Below are positions 37,638-51,473 of a stretch of DNA of 64,000 bases, piece after piece. The stretch spans positions 23,374,001-23,438,000 of the forward strand of contig NC_043018.1 of assembly GCF_006345805.1 (NCBI RefSeq). Direction: 5' to 3'. Every line of letters begins with the position of its first letter. Position 1 is the first letter of the stretch. The notes beneath the pieces are model-generated. The model saw nothing but the letters and a program-made list of their open reading frames with translations, did no database searches and had not been told where the DNA came from. Source of the DNA: Octopus sinensis. Lineage: Eukaryota. A program made the position numbers and the translations under genes.

Positions 37638-37870
37638 TCATCATCATCATCATCGTTTAACGTCCGTTTTCCGCGCTAGCACGGGTTGGACGGTTTGACC
37701 GGGGTCTGCGAAGCCAGGGGCCGCTCCAGGCTCCAGTCTGATCTGGCAGAGTTTCTACGGCTGGATGCCCTTCCTAACGCCAACCACTCCGCGAGTGGAG
37801 TGGGTGCTTTTTACGTGCCACCTGCACAGGGGCCGGGGGGGTCCGGCATCGGTCACGATCAGTTCGAGCT
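37638..37870 (-). mobile_element. Family B element
   Basis: (cat)n cgtttaacgtccg tail. Confidence 0.8.
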
Positions 37871-38345
37871 TTTCTAGAGTTGAGTTGGGGAGGGGTCCAG
37901 CTGAGAAAGGTTCCACCAGTGAAAGAGAGGGAGAGATAGTGGGGGGTGTGCAGGTAATATAGGGAAGCACCAGTGGGGAAGGTTGGGGTAAGGAGGAACG
38001 ATGACAGGGAAGGGTTGGTGCAGGTTCGTAAGAAATAAAAACGTAGGATATCACGAGGCGGGGAGGGGACTGGAAGGAGATAGTCGGATTGAGGCAGTGA
38101 CAGATTCAAAACAGGAGGTAACGTAAGATCAGTGGGGCGGTTGATGAGCTGCGGCGCTAGCAGCTTGTCTTGGTGGGGGGAAGGTGTAGTACACAGTGAA
38201 AGCATGTGAGGAGGAGGGGTAAGAGGGAGAGACACACGTAATGGTGGTGGGGGAGGAGGAGGAAGGAGGGCATATCCGGTGTAGATGGTGAGAACAGTGT
38301 TCACCGGTATTGGTGGTGGGGATGATGTGTGTGTGTGTGTGTGTG

Positions 38346-38389
<44 letters not shown>

Positions 38390-38544
38390 CGTTAGGAAGG
38401 GCATCCAGCCGTAGAAACACTGCCAGATCTGACTGGGCCTGATGAAGCCTTCCGGCTTCACAGACCCCAGTTCAACCGTCCAACCCATGCTAGCATGGAA
38501 AACGGACGCTAATCGATGATGATGATGATGATGATGATATATAT

Positions 38545-38965
38545 AGGTGCAGGAGTGGCTGTGTAGTAAGTAGCTTGCTTACCAACCACATGGTCCCGAG
38601 TTCAGTCCCACTGTGTCGCAGCTTGGGCAAGTGTCTTCTACTATAGCTTCAGGCCGACCAAAGCCTTGTGAGTGGATTTGGTAGAAGGAAACTGAAAGAA
38701 GCCTGTCATACATATATGTATATGTACATGTTTATATTTTTGTGTGTGTCTTTGTGCCTGTGTCTGTCCCACCATCACTGCTTGAGAACCGATGTTGGTG
38801 TGTTTATGTCCCTGTAACTTAGTGGTCCAGTAAGAGAGACCATTAGAATAAATACTAGGCTTACAAAGAATAAGTCATGGGGGTCAATTTCTTCAGCTGA
38901 AATCCTTTAAGGCAGTGCTCCAGCATGGCCACAGTCAAATGACTGAAACAAGTAAAAGAATAAGA
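38545..38965 (+). mobile_element. Family A SINE, directly after a family B tail (38386-38537)
   Basis: Full-length match. Confidence 0.85.
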
Positions 38966-39797
38966 GAAAAAAACCCATCCGTTTGTAAATAATTTTCTCA
39001 GAATATTCTAAATATTGAACTTTCTGTGTCAAGGTTAACTAAGATTACACAGGGTCACTGCTTCTGCTGTAACTACACCATCGCCAATGACAACGATAGC
39101 GATGATTAGCACGATGACAATTCGTTGTTTATAATTTCTTTTTTTTTCTCAGAAAAAATAGTCTCATGTCAATGTCCTTATCTCCTAATGTTGTTTGTTA
39201 TTGAAAAATTGTCATTTCCCCAGTGCAGATTATTTTAAATTACATCATCAGTACCACCTGGGGCTGTGGTACGAAGGAACTGTGATGCGGAGAATAAAAT
39301 AAGGTTCACCTACCTCTCGTTGTTGGTTGTCCAGCTGTGTTCAGTCCAAACACCTGCCCTCCCATCTCATCTAACGTTGGCAGCTGTTACTGCCAATGTC
39401 TGCTAGCTTGCTCCACTTGCGGCCATTCACCATGACTGCCTTAGGCCGAAAGAGGATGACCCTGGTCTTGCTTCCCTCACTTCTTCTCTCCCCATTCCTG
39501 TTCTGGTGGTACCCCTTGTTTGGTGGTACCCCTTGATGTCACAGCCCTTTCCTTCCAGTTCATCTCATCTCCACAGGGCCTATTAGGTGAAAGGGAACAG
39601 GTTCAATAAGTACATCGATCATGAATGCAGAGAGTTAAGGAGGACACTGACTATTTGCCAAGCCCTTCCTTAACCCTCTACAAGTCCTGTGTATCACAAG
39701 ACATAATTTCCTTGGCATCCACGCTCATATATACAACGCATATTGCCCATTTTTTCAACCACTAGAGTAACTTCAGACTTATGAAAGGAAACCATTA

Positions 39798-40280
39798 CAT
39801 CATCATCATCATTGTTGTTTAACGTCCGCTTTCCATGCTAGCATGGGTTGGACAATTTGACTGAGGTCTGGTGAACCAGACTCCAATCTGATCTGGCAGA
39901 GTTTCTACAGCTGGATGCCCTTCCTAATGCCAACCACTCCGAAAGTGTAGTGGGTGCTTTTACGTGCCACCGGCACGAGGGCCAGTCAGGCGGTAATGGC
40001 AACGGCCACGCTTAAATGGTGCTTTTTATGTGCCACCTGCACAGGAGCCATTCCAGCAGCACTGGCAACGACCTCGCTCGAATGTTTTTTCACGTGCCAC
40101 CAGCACAAGTGCTAGTAAGGCGACGCAGGTAACGATCACGCTCAAATGGTATTTTTAACGTGCCATCAGCACGGAAGCCAGCTTGTTGCTTTGGCAACGA
40201 TCTCACTCGGATGGTACTCTTATGGTACTCGTATGGTACTCTTAGCGCTCCACAGTCATCAAATTTGATTTTGATTTCGT
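39798..40280 (-). mobile_element. Family B element with 4-5 modules
   Basis: Tail plus repeated ttttacgtgccacc units. Confidence 0.85.
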
Positions 40281-40779
40281 GCTTTTCCCAATCTGCTGGA
40301 GAAGCTGTCTTCCTCATAGGTTTACACACCATGATGTTAAAGAGAAGGAAGTCTTGAAATTAGGTCATTCCTCATTTTCTCCCGCCTTAGGCATTTTTCT
40401 TTTTTATATCGAAAGTTATCAAATTAGACATTTGTATAGGGAAAAAATTGACTTGGAATCTTACAGAAAAAAAAAAAAGACTATTGATTGTTAAACACCA
40501 AAAATTATCCAGATATTTTATTACTCACCTCAATTATAATCGGGTTCAAAGTTGAGGAAAAATTTCTTGAAAAAAGAAAAAAATTACCCATCACCTGCCA
40601 ATGTTTGAAACTTCCTCAACTTCAACAACTATGCCAACCAACTTTTACTACCAAAGATGATACAAAAGTACAAAATGATGATGTGGCAATACTTGCATTT
40701 CAAACAGGTAGGAAGAGAACAAGAAATCCAAAGTTACTCATTTTCTCCAGTTACTCATTTTGTGCCCCCCACCCACCTA

Positions 40780-40910
40780 TTAGGTTGTCCCAAAAGTTCG
40801 TAAACACTTGCGAAAATTGACTATAACAATATAAACCCAAACAAACAATTAAAAATTGCATAAAAATTCAAATTTTCGCAAAGTTTTTACGAACTTTTGG
40901 GACAAGCTTA
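40780..40910. mobile_element. Mariner-type MITE with TA flanks
   Basis: ta|ttaggttgtcccaaaagttcgtaaa ... tttacgaacttttgggacaagctta|ta. Confidence 0.8.
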
Positions 40911-41423
40911 TATTTTATTCTAATATTTTAGTTAAGTTCTTATATATTTAAGACATATTTGGCATATGTCCCAGTCATATATATTTGAACTAATCTAAGG
41001 TTCATTTTACACCATTGCTTCACTCATCACTCATTTTACGTCACTCATTTTACCATTCATTTTACATCACTCATATTTTGCTTTTATTCATCCAGAATGT
41101 TGGCTTTCAACTACAAATTTTCACCTGGCTGCTTTCTGACACCCAGGTATTTTATCAACCACAATGACAGTTCCATTAACTCCTAGAAGTCGGTATCGGC
41201 TATTTTAGGGACTTCTGAACTAATAAATACTTAATTTTTTCTTTAAGGCGATGTGATTCAGGCAGATGTAAGGTCAACCAAAGACAGAGACTTTCACCTC
41301 TTCATTAATTAGAAGTACAGTTATTGTTGTTATTTGGCCCTAAGATGGGTGACTACAACAACTACAAACACAGACACTCAAACATATACATACACATACA
41401 TATATTATATATATATATATATA

Positions 41424-41608
41424 TCATGTTGGATCGTTAGCCCCTCCACAATTTTTTTCTCTCCTTGTTTCTTTTCTGTGTATCTTTCTGTCGAAGAGCG
41501 TAGGCTCGAAACGTAAAAGACTTTTTCTATTCCTGAGCGCTATACTAATACATCTGTTTGTACTCCATCTGCCTTCGTCTTTTGTTTATTTTCGTAAACC
41601 TTCCCGTT
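41424..41608 (+). mobile_element. Penelope-like terminal fragment inserted in the internal (TA)n of a family A SINE
   Basis: (TA)n on both sides; related to 54567-54733; carries a hammerhead variant. Confidence 0.65.
41483..41520 (+). ncRNA. Hammerhead-like motif with CUGUCGA core
   Basis: tcttt-CTGTCGA-a-gagc gtag gctc-GAAA-cg-TA-aaaga. Confidence 0.6.
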
Positions 41609-42225
41609 ATATATACACATATATACGACAGGCTTCTTTCAATTTCCGTCTACCAAATCCACTCACAAGGTGCTTTGGTCAGCCCGAGGCTATAGTAGAA
41701 GACACTTGCCCAAGGTGCCATGCAGTGAGACTGAACCCGGAACCATGTGGTTGGTAAGCAAGCTACTTACCACACACCCACTCCTGCACCTAAGTCATGC
41801 AAAATTATAAATTTTAACAAAGGGGCCACAGATTTTATAAGAGAGGGGAGATGCTGAAGTACTGTGATAATGGTACACCTTTCTCAAGGGCATTAAAGGC
41901 AAAAAGTGAAGTGAAATGGCAGAAAAACAAAACCGGGTCAGGATATATATATATATATAGTAAATTATTGATTAAAATTAGGTGATGGAGATAGGAAAAG
42001 CATAAGGCAGAATGTCTAAATATAAATATATAACTCTTGTTTTACTGTATAGATTCTTCAGTGCTAGCCACTCCCCCGCTGGTTATGGAACTTCTTGGCA
42101 AGCAGCAATATATAAAAATATGTTGGTAACATACTGAAAGCTTAGTTTATAGTCCCTCCCACTCATATTTTTCTACTGGTATACATATACATGTGTGTGT
42201 ATGTATACATCTAATACTTCTGTAC

Positions 42226-42277
<52 letters not shown>

Positions 42278-42325
42278 AAACAAGTCAAAATAGAAAATGC
42301 TAAAATAATTTTATAAAGAACATTT

Positions 42326-42363
42326 CAGTACCGGTTTCGGTCATTTTGAGACCTTTTCAACTG
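42326..42363 (-). ncRNA. Hammerhead ribozyme with U3-A8 core (UUGAAAA)
   Basis: Minus: cag-TTGAAAA-ggtc tcaaaat gacc-GAAA-ccgg-TA-ctg; element runs into (TA)n at ~42273. Confidence 0.65.
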
Positions 42364-42482
42364 TAACGATTAAATAATTAAATTTGGAAAAATTAAAAGA
42401 AAAGTTTCTTTAAAGGAATATTTGTATAGTAGTGATCAAATATAAGTGGCATTCTGCCTTTCTCTGACTCCCTTGTTGCACC

Positions 42483-42523
<41 letters not shown>

Positions 42524-42887
42524 GTGTATGTGAACATATGTCTGTGTGTGTGTATATGTATATGTGTGTGTGTGTGTGTATGGTGTGTATATCATGTGTA
42601 TATATATGTATATATATGTGTGTATATATACATATATATATATACATATGTGTATATGTATACATAAAATACTTCTGTGCATATATATATATCTGTATAT
42701 TTAAATATATGTGTGTGTGTATATATATGAGTGTATATATGTATACATATGTGTGTATATATATGTGTATATATATATGTGTGCATACATGTGTATATGT
42801 ATATATATATGTATATGTGTGTGTGCACACAAACAAATGCATACATATACATGTTTGTATGCATATAAATGCACACACAAAAACTTC

Positions 42888-43553
42888 TCATCATCATCAT
42901 CGTTTAACGTCCGTTCTCCATGCTAGCATGGGTTGGACGATTCAACCAGGGATCTGGGAAGCCAGAAGGCTGCACCAGGCTCCGGTCTTATCTGGCAGTG
43001 TTTCTACAGCTGGATGCCCTTCCTAACGCCAACCACTCCGTGAGTGTAGTGGGTGCTTTTTACGTGCCACCTGCACTGGAGCCAGGCGAGATGGCATCGG
43101 CCATGGTCGGATTGGTGCATTTTACATGCCACCTGCACAGAAGCCAGTTGAGGCGGCACTGGCTTCGGCCACGATTCGGATGGTGCTTTTTATGTATATA
43201 TATTCATAATAATTTATGCATTCATGGCACGTAACAAGCATTATCCGAATGTGAATGATGCCAGTTTCCCCTGACTGGTTCCTGTGCAAGTGGCACATAA
43301 AAAAGCATTATCCAAATGTAAATGATGCCAGGCCCACCTGACTGCCTCTTGAGCCAGTGATATGTAAAGAGCACCCACTACACTCTCGGAGTGGTTGGCG
43401 TTAGGAAGGGCATCCAGCTGTAGAAACTATGCCAGATGAGTTTGGAGCCTGGTGCAGCCACTGGATTCCCAGACCTCAATCAAGCTATCCGATCCATGCC
43501 AACATGGGAAATAGACGTTAACCAGTGATGATGATGATGATGATGATGATGAT
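42888..43553. mobile_element. Two family B elements back to back (42888-43190 minus, 43225-43553 plus)
   Basis: (cat)n and (gat)n tails at the outer ends. Confidence 0.8.
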
Positions 43554-43597
43554 GACACATGTATATATATATCTGTGTGTATGTGTATATGTGTAAG

Positions 43598-43998
43598 CAT
43601 GGCCATAGTAAATGACTGAAACAAGTAAAAGAGTTCTAGGTTCAGTTCCAATATGTGGCACCTTCGGCAAGTGTCTTCTACTATAGCCTCGGGCCAACCA
43701 AATCCTTGTGAGTGGATTTGGTAGATGGAAACTGAAAGAAGCCCGGCATATATACATGTATGTATGTATGTATGTATGTATATGTATGTGTGTATATGTT
43801 TGTGTGTGTGTTTTGTCCCCCCCTAACATCACTCGACAACCGATGCTGGTGTGTTTACATCCCTGTAACTTAGCAGTTTGGCAAAAAAGAACCAATAGAA
43901 TAAGTACTAGGCTTATAAAGAATAAGTCCTGGGGTCAATTTGCTCGACTAAAGGCGGTGCTCCAGCATGGCCACAGTCAAATGACTGAAACAAGTAAA
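43598..43998 (+). mobile_element. Family A SINE pieces (tail fragment then 5'-truncated copy)
   Basis: gactgaaacaagtaaaa occurs twice; core ggcaagtgtcttctactatagcc. Confidence 0.75.
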
Positions 43999-44479
43999 AC
44001 AATTTTAAAAATCAGAGAATATATTAGCTGATTATCCTGTTATTGCCAGGTAATTTTTCAAAATAAAATACCTTGGCAGACTTTCGGAATAGCATGCCTT
44101 CATAAATTTGATTTTCTCTGCTTTGATGGGAGTTTTTCATATTTTTTTCCCATTACAAAGGATGATTTTCTATGTATATGCAGAGCTGAAACATTAGTAT
44201 AACTATGATGTCCTGGTGATCTGAAGCAGCTAGACTTCGATATCTGCATTGATTTTTAATTGAGCAGTTGTATTGTGCAATGTATAGCATGAATATTGAT
44301 GTTAACATGTAAGAAATTTATTAAACACTGAAATTGTTTTACATGATGAAGGCTGAGAAATGGCCATAATCCTTTGGGTATCAAGTGATTAATAAATATA
44401 TTCTCCTCTCATACCTCCTGACTTTTTATAATCTATGTACTTCTGTCTCTGTCTATCTGTCTGTCTATATTGATTGATT

Positions 44480-44480
44480 A

Positions 44481-44513
<33 letters not shown>

Positions 44514-44689
44514 CTGACAGACGGACGGATGGACTGACAGACGGACGGACGAACGGACGGACAGACAGACAGACAGATAGACAGACAGATAGATAGATAG
44601 ACAGATAGATAGATAGACGGATGGACGGACAGACAGACAGACAGACAGATAGATAGACAGATAGATGGATAATGGATAGATAGATAGAC

Positions 44690-44732
<43 letters not shown>

Positions 44733-44740
44733 CAGATAGA

Positions 44741-44777
<37 letters not shown>

Positions 44778-44995
44778 GGACTGACAGACGGACAGACGGA
44801 CGAACGGACGGACAGACAGACAGACAGAGAGATAGATAGACAGATAGATAGACGGATGGACGGACGGACAGACAGACAGACAGATAGATAGACAGATAGA
44901 TAGATAATGGATAGATAGATGGATGGATGGATGGATGGATAGATAGATAGATAGATAATGGATAGATAGACAGACAGACAGACAGATAGATAGAT
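44480..44995. repeat. Complex (GATA/GACA/GACG/GGAT)n microsatellite with higher-order duplication
   Basis: Direct observation; gactgacagacggac...gacgaacggacgg block occurs twice. Confidence 0.95.
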
Positions 44996-45028
44996 AACAT
45001 CCATTTTCCATACTGGCATGGGTTAGAT

Positions 45029-45782
45029 CAGGAGTTCTCAACCATTTTTTCTCTGTGGACCAGTTTTGATTACTATTTTATTCTGGTGGATCCCAAAAGC
45101 CATTTGATGTTTAAAAACTAATTTTATGAATGCTTCTTTCAAAATTCCTATTTTGCTTTCCACACTTTAAACTCATGTAAGTTGAACTAGTGTCAGAGGA
45201 AGAAACCCAGCTGTTTCTTGCAATACATACCAATACAAGATACATACTCTTTACTCTTTACTCTTTTACTTGTTTCAGTCATTTGACTGCGGCCATGCTG
45301 GAGCACCGCCTTTAATCGAGCAACTCAACCCCGGGACTTATTTTTTTTTGTAAGCCTAGTACTTATTCTATCGGTCTCTTTTGCCGAACTGCTAAGTAAC
45401 GGGGACATAAACACACCAGCATCGGTTGTCAAGCAATGCTAGGGGGACAAACACAGACACACAAACACACACATGCATATATATATATATATATACATAT
45501 ATATGACGGGCTTCTTTCAGTTTCCGTCAACCAAATCCACTCACAAGGCTTTGGTCGACCCGAGGCTATAGTAGAAGACACTTGCCCAAGGTGCCACGCA
45601 GTGGGTCTGAACCCGGAACCATGTGGTTGGTAAACAAGCTACTTACCACACAGCCACTCCTGCCACTCATCTAACACAAAATTTTTTCAGGGGCCTCTAA
45701 AATATTGTTATGGATCTCCAATTTAATATTTTGTTGTGTGAACCTCCAAAAATCTTATATGGACCCTTGTTGAGAATCACTG
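45029..45782. mobile_element. hAT MITE with 8-bp TSD, containing a nested family A SINE (45246-45662, minus)
   Basis: TIRs caggagttctcaac / gttgagaatcactg; TSD ggttagat at 45021-45028 and 45783-45790. Confidence 0.85.
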
Positions 45783-45790
45783 GGTTAGAT

Positions 45791-46160
45791 CATCATCATC
45801 ATCATCATCATCGTTTAACGTCCATTCTCCATGCTAGCATGGGTTGGACGGTTCGACCGGGGATCTGGGAAGCCAGAAGGCTGCACCAGGCTCCAGTCTT
45901 ATCTGGCAATGTTTCTACGGCTGGATGCCCTTCCTAACGCCAACCACTCCGTGAGTGTAGTGGGTGCTTTTTACGTGCCACCTGCACAGGTGCCAGGTGA
46001 GGCTGGCAACAGCCACGGTCGGATTGGTGTATTTTACGTGCCACCGGCACGGAGGCCAGTCGAGGCGGCGCTGGCATCGGCCACGAGTCGGATAGTGCTT
46101 TTTATGTACCACCAGACCAGGGATCCTGGCTGGTTCAATTCGATTTCGATTTGGTTTGAT
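45791..46160 (-). mobile_element. Family B element
   Basis: Tail plus modules. Confidence 0.85.
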
Positions 46161-46716
46161 AATAACCAGCCTATGAGATCCTGTCAACAACCATGATGAA
46201 AATGATCATGATAGACACACACACACACATATAGAGGAAGGTGTCGAGTTGAAACACATCTCAAAAGAATTACTCATTAGGGGGAACATTTAATTTGAAA
46301 TGTCCTTATATGCTGATAGGGCAGATTGCAATGTCAAGCAAACGAAAAACTGAAAGAAAATAAACATACGAATCAGCAATTATAAGCTTTTTGCCTATCA
46401 GACATTAACACAGAAGCAACAGCTTAACGGTTGTACAGAATATTTTTTTTTTGTTCCCTCCTGACCAAAATACTATCATCAAATAAACTGTCTGCCGTTC
46501 CTGATTGATATAATTATATAATGCTACTTAAGAAGATTATAGGCTCTACATGAGTGCATGTGTCGATTAATGAGTGTTTATGATTGCTTAGGGTGCCATT
46601 TCATATCTGTGTATGTGTATGCGAGTGATTGAATGATGAATGATTTTAATCTGCATTTTGTTGAAGAATGTGTATGTATGTGTATGTTTTTGAATGCAAG
46701 TATGTATCTAGTCATA

Positions 46717-46770
<54 letters not shown>

Positions 46771-46878
46771 GTGTGTGTGTGTGTGTGTGTGTATATATAA
46801 ATGTGTGTGTGTATATATATATATGTGTGTATATGTATATATGTGTGTGTGTATATATATCTATCTATCTATCTATCT

Positions 46879-46930
<52 letters not shown>

Positions 46931-48716
46931 ACATACATACATATATAAATACATACATACACATTTCTGAGGGTATTAGGCTATTTCATCATTTGGGGTG
47001 GGTGTATTGTAAGTGTGTGAATAGCAATATAAAAATGTATATATATATATATATATAAATAATTATGCATATATGTGTATGTGCATCTGTGTATATGCTC
47101 TTTTAGTCTTTTGGTTCGTGTCTAGAAAATTTTTTTCATGTCTATTCATTAAAAGCCAATTACCCAAAACTAAACATCACCTCCCAATCTTCCCTCTTTC
47201 TCTTTTTTACGAGTGTATGTGTGTGCATACATGTGCATATATATATATATATATATGTGCATATATATGTATATATATGTGTGCATGTGTAAACACACAC
47301 ACACATATACACACATAGCCATCACTATTTTCCCTTTCCTCTATAATTCCCATCTCTCGCTCTCCTCTTCATCAGCCTAATTATCACCTCTCACCTTCCT
47401 TACCGCTCTTCCCCCCTCTCTCTCTCTAATTCACCCATCTTACTGTGCCCCGCTCTAATTCTCACCTCTCTTATATCATACACGCCATTTAATTAATAGA
47501 AACTGTTTATCAGTCCGGAACATCAAACTTTCCTCTTCAACGATAATTAATATTTTGTCAAGCTGCGGATAAGAATGGTAAAAGAAATATTTCTCTCCTT
47601 GTTCTTTGAAATTCATTCAAGTATGTATATAAATATGTGTGTGTGTATGTGTGTGTGTGTATTAGTATTTGTTTATATGTGTGTATACATACACACATAC
47701 ATACATTTTTCTTTGAAATTTATCTAAGTTCTTTGTAGAATGCAACCCAATCACTAACAAAGTGGCCATGCTTTTTTGTTCTATTCTGTTTCAATCAAAA
47801 AAGTTCCAGCGATTTTTATGAGAGAGTTTGTGTGTCTATGTAAGATTACGTGTGGATATCCTAGCTTGTTTAACATGCGTACATATCTCTTTTGTACCAT
47901 ATGTGTGTGTATGCCATATACCCACACACACATGGTTGTATGTATGTGTCTGTTTGGGGAAATTCAGATAGAGAGTCTTTAGAAGGTTTATCAAATTTTT
48001 CTGTCCCCTTCATTGTAATTTTAAGAATGTGAATCTGTTTATGTCTATATGCTTGTGACCAGGACCATCTCAGCAGTATTATAGGCTTGCTTGCTGCTGC
48101 TTCATGCTCTTGCTTGGTGGGGCTGGAGTCATCCCAGCTTAGTGGACCAGGTCCACCAGTGCTCTTCATTGCTGGCGGCAGTCCCATGCCAGCCCCTCTG
48201 CTTCCTCCAAGGAGATGTCAAGCCTCTGGAGATCTTCCCCATTCACAGCCGGCCATCTGGTACAGAGCCTGTCATGAGACCTCTCCTGGCCTGCAGCTGC
48301 TGTGTCAAATGGGAGTGAAGCCCTAGTAGGATGATCTAGCAGGAGACGGAGGACAAGCCTGTACCAGCACATGTGATGCATAACTATGAGGTGGAAGGAA
48401 TTAGGCTGATACATGCACGCATCCAGTTCTGTGTTGCAAACATAGCATTATAGGTTCCCAGATAAATCAAAGCACGGGACTTTATAGTATTTACATATTG
48501 ACAGCAATCCACAACATACATAGATTATAATTGGGCCCATAGAACTGTGAGGGCCCCAAGCAACTTCCAAGTGTGTTCATGCCTTAAGCCAGCACTGCTT
48601 GTGATAATATGTTCAAATGAGATTCTACTTCATGGATACAAGGGCTGTAAATTTCTCATTTGTTCATCACAAATTTAGACAAGACATTGACACTTACTGT
48701 TAAGCTGGTCTCTTTA

Positions 48717-48870
48717 GCAGTGCTTCACTTTTGTTCCCTTCCATACAACAATATCAGGTTTGTTGTATTTGTACCAGTTTGCTATTTATTATCAGAATGT
48801 TACACCTGTATTCTTTATTTTTGAAAGTGGGGATACATTCTGGTTCTGGTGTGCGTTTTGTATGACTGTC
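48717..48870 (-). pseudogene. RLE-type non-LTR retrotransposon endonuclease remnant (R4/NeSL-like)
   Basis: Minus strand encodes KYNKPDIVVWKGTKVKHC, matching the (H/Y)N(R/K)PDI(V/I) motif; upstream frame is broken. Confidence 0.5.
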
Positions 48871-49307
48871 AGGATTAGAACATTATTGTCCAAATTATTT
48901 ACAGTGTTTCCTGCAGATAGCATTGTGAATGGTTTAAATAACAATAGCAATATTTTACAGGATAGCCACATATCTCCTCTATCACAAGACACCCATGCCT
49001 CTACTTCTACCTCTATCATACACCTGGAATAATGCCACCTCATCTCTGCTCAGTTCAGGGTCTTTTCTCTGTCATGCAGAGTTCCTCGGCAACCTCACAA
49101 GTACTAGCATCAAGAGAAAAGGACTCCATACACCCTGTAAAGTGATTGGTGTTATGAAGTGCATCCAGCTGCAGAAACCATACAGAAGCAGATATTGCAG
49201 CTCAACACAGTCCTCTCGTTATTGATGCTATCAGACCATCTGACCCCTGTTGGCATGGCAGACAAATGTTGACTGATTATGTTGATGATGATGATGATGA
49301 TGATGAT

Positions 49308-49338
<31 letters not shown>

Positions 49339-49566
49339 ATGATGATGATGATAATGATGGTAATGATGATGATGATGACCTTATGTGAAGGTAGTGCTTT
49401 CTGGACATTTTTGGTCAGCTGCTGTTGATATTCTCTGTCCATACCTTGAGGTTTGGATGCAACCTTATCTCCCCTGTTTTATGGCCCAGGTTGTTTAGTA
49501 ACTACCACCTGTTCCTGAATAACAAAGACATGTCTAGGCAGGAAAAGGTACACACACGCATGCACG

Positions 49567-49628
<62 letters not shown>

Positions 49629-49916
49629 CGTGATATTTAAGAACAACTGATGTTTCATTCAGTCCCTCCTCGAAGTTTCCCGCCACTCGCCACCAGTCAA
49701 GCAACATCGTGTGGAAAAGAGGCAGCTTAATCGTTCAATGAATAGAGATCAATAAACCAGACGAAAATAGATACTTGCGTTGATGTAATTGATTAAAACT
49801 GTTGCAGGGTGTTCCAGCATGGCCGCAGTCCAAAGCTTAAAATGACATTAATTCTACTACTTCGAGATTGACAGCGTCTTCATTTAAACCAACAAAATTT
49901 ATGTAATAACACAGCA

Positions 49917-49927
49917 TCAATATTTAC

Positions 49928-49967
<40 letters not shown>

Positions 49968-50310
49968 TGTGTGTGTGTGTGTGAGTGTGTGTGTTTATGT
50001 GTGTCTATCAATATTTACTTCTGTGTGTGTGTGTGGTGTGTGTGTGTGTGTGTGCATGTGAGTGTGTGTGTTTGTGTGTGTCTATCAATATTTACTACTG
50101 TGTGTGTGTGTGCATGTGAGTGTGTGTGTTTATGTGTGTCTATCAATATTTACTACTCTGTGTGTGTGTGTGTGTGTTTATGTGTGTCTATCAATATTTA
50201 CTACTGTGTGTGTGTGCATGTGAGTGTGTGTGTTTATATGTGTCTATCAATATTTACTACTGTGTGTGTGTGTGTGTGTGTTTATGTGTGTCTATTAATA
50301 TTTACTTCTG
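49917..50310. repeat. Minisatellite tcaatatttactac+(TG)n, about 7 units
   Basis: aatatttact anchor repeats with variable (TG)n spacers. Confidence 0.85.
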
Positions 50311-50666
50311 TGTGTGTGTCTGTCTCTCTCTCATGCACATATATATATGTGCATGTATATATACGTACACACACACACATATATATATATATGTGTGTGT
50401 GTGTTTGTGTGTGTGTATACATATGTATGTATATACACATAGCCTTATCTATATCTATGCACCAACATTTATATACATGTATGTGTGTGTATATTTATAT
50501 ATGTGAGTGTCTGTATCACTAATGCAACTATATTCATGATGGTGTTGCTTGATCTGCTAGAAATAACAGCTGTTTTTCCTACAAGGCACAAGAAAGACGG
50601 ATCAAAATGATATATTGGATAATTTGCTCCTGGAGAAAAAAAACAAGATGGGATGGTAACAGCACA

Positions 50667-50709
<43 letters not shown>

Positions 50710-50976
50710 GTGACAGGGGGTGCATGTGTGTGTGTGTGCATGTTTGTGTGTGTGTGTGTGTGCGTGTGTGTGTATACATACATGTATGTCTGTGCTTGTG
50801 TGTGTATACATACATGTATGTATGTATGTATATTATGTCTATATATGCATGTTTATGTCTATATGCATATATAAATGTATATAAATGTAGAAATGTATAT
50901 GTGTAAATGTATATATGTGTATATACATATATATATGTATATGTGTGTATATATATATGCATATATCTACGTACAA

Positions 50977-51385
50977 GTAAGCTGGCGTGTGTGGAAGTAA
51001 AGCCATAAGGATTCCACACACGCCAGCTTACCTTAATTTGTCCTTAGTCGAAAGACACCTGTTGTTATGTCCTGTTATTTATATTTGTGTAACATATCTG
51101 TTCTTTTTTTCTCGTCCTTGTTTCGTATACATTCGCTGCTTTCTTCCAAGGATGTAATGCTCTTAGCTCATTTTTCCTTGAAGATGGCCAGATTGGAGCA
51201 ATCTCGAGTATAACCAGCTGAAATTGCAAAGATAATCTGGAACTCGACTGAGGAAAGAAAATTCTGAATGATCCGTTCTTGTTTTCCTTGTATCGTTTGT
51301 CTGGATATTTGGTTTTCCTTTTTTTGTTTAACCTAACTGTCTGGATATTTTGCATTCTTGTCCCATTTTTGTATTTTTTATATAT
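50977..51385. mobile_element. Unclassified element with a short 5' inversion
   Basis: gtaagctggcgtgtgtggaa / ttccacacacgccagcttac inverted repeat at the left end; ends in a short (TA)n; geometry resembles the PLE fragments. Confidence 0.4.
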
Positions 51386-51473
51386 AAAATATAGCAGCGT
51401 ACATACACTTTGGTCTCTCTTTCTCTTTCTCTCTCTTTCTCTGTGTGTATATATATATATAATTATAAAATAT

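Noticed and set aside
37774-38304. 176-aa Pro/Leu-rich ORF
   Set aside because: It results from pyrimidine skew, runs into a SINE and shows no domain signature.
44389-45041. Long ORFs of 184-203 aa
   Set aside because: They are translations of a tetranucleotide microsatellite; the same applies to the YI, VC and HT-rich ORFs throughout.
49917-50310. Regularly spaced aatatttact repeat as a CRISPR array
   Set aside because: The spacers are just (TG)n, so this is a minisatellite.
51245-51280. CTGAGGA...GAA as a hammerhead
   Set aside because: No GAAA and no convincing stem I or III.
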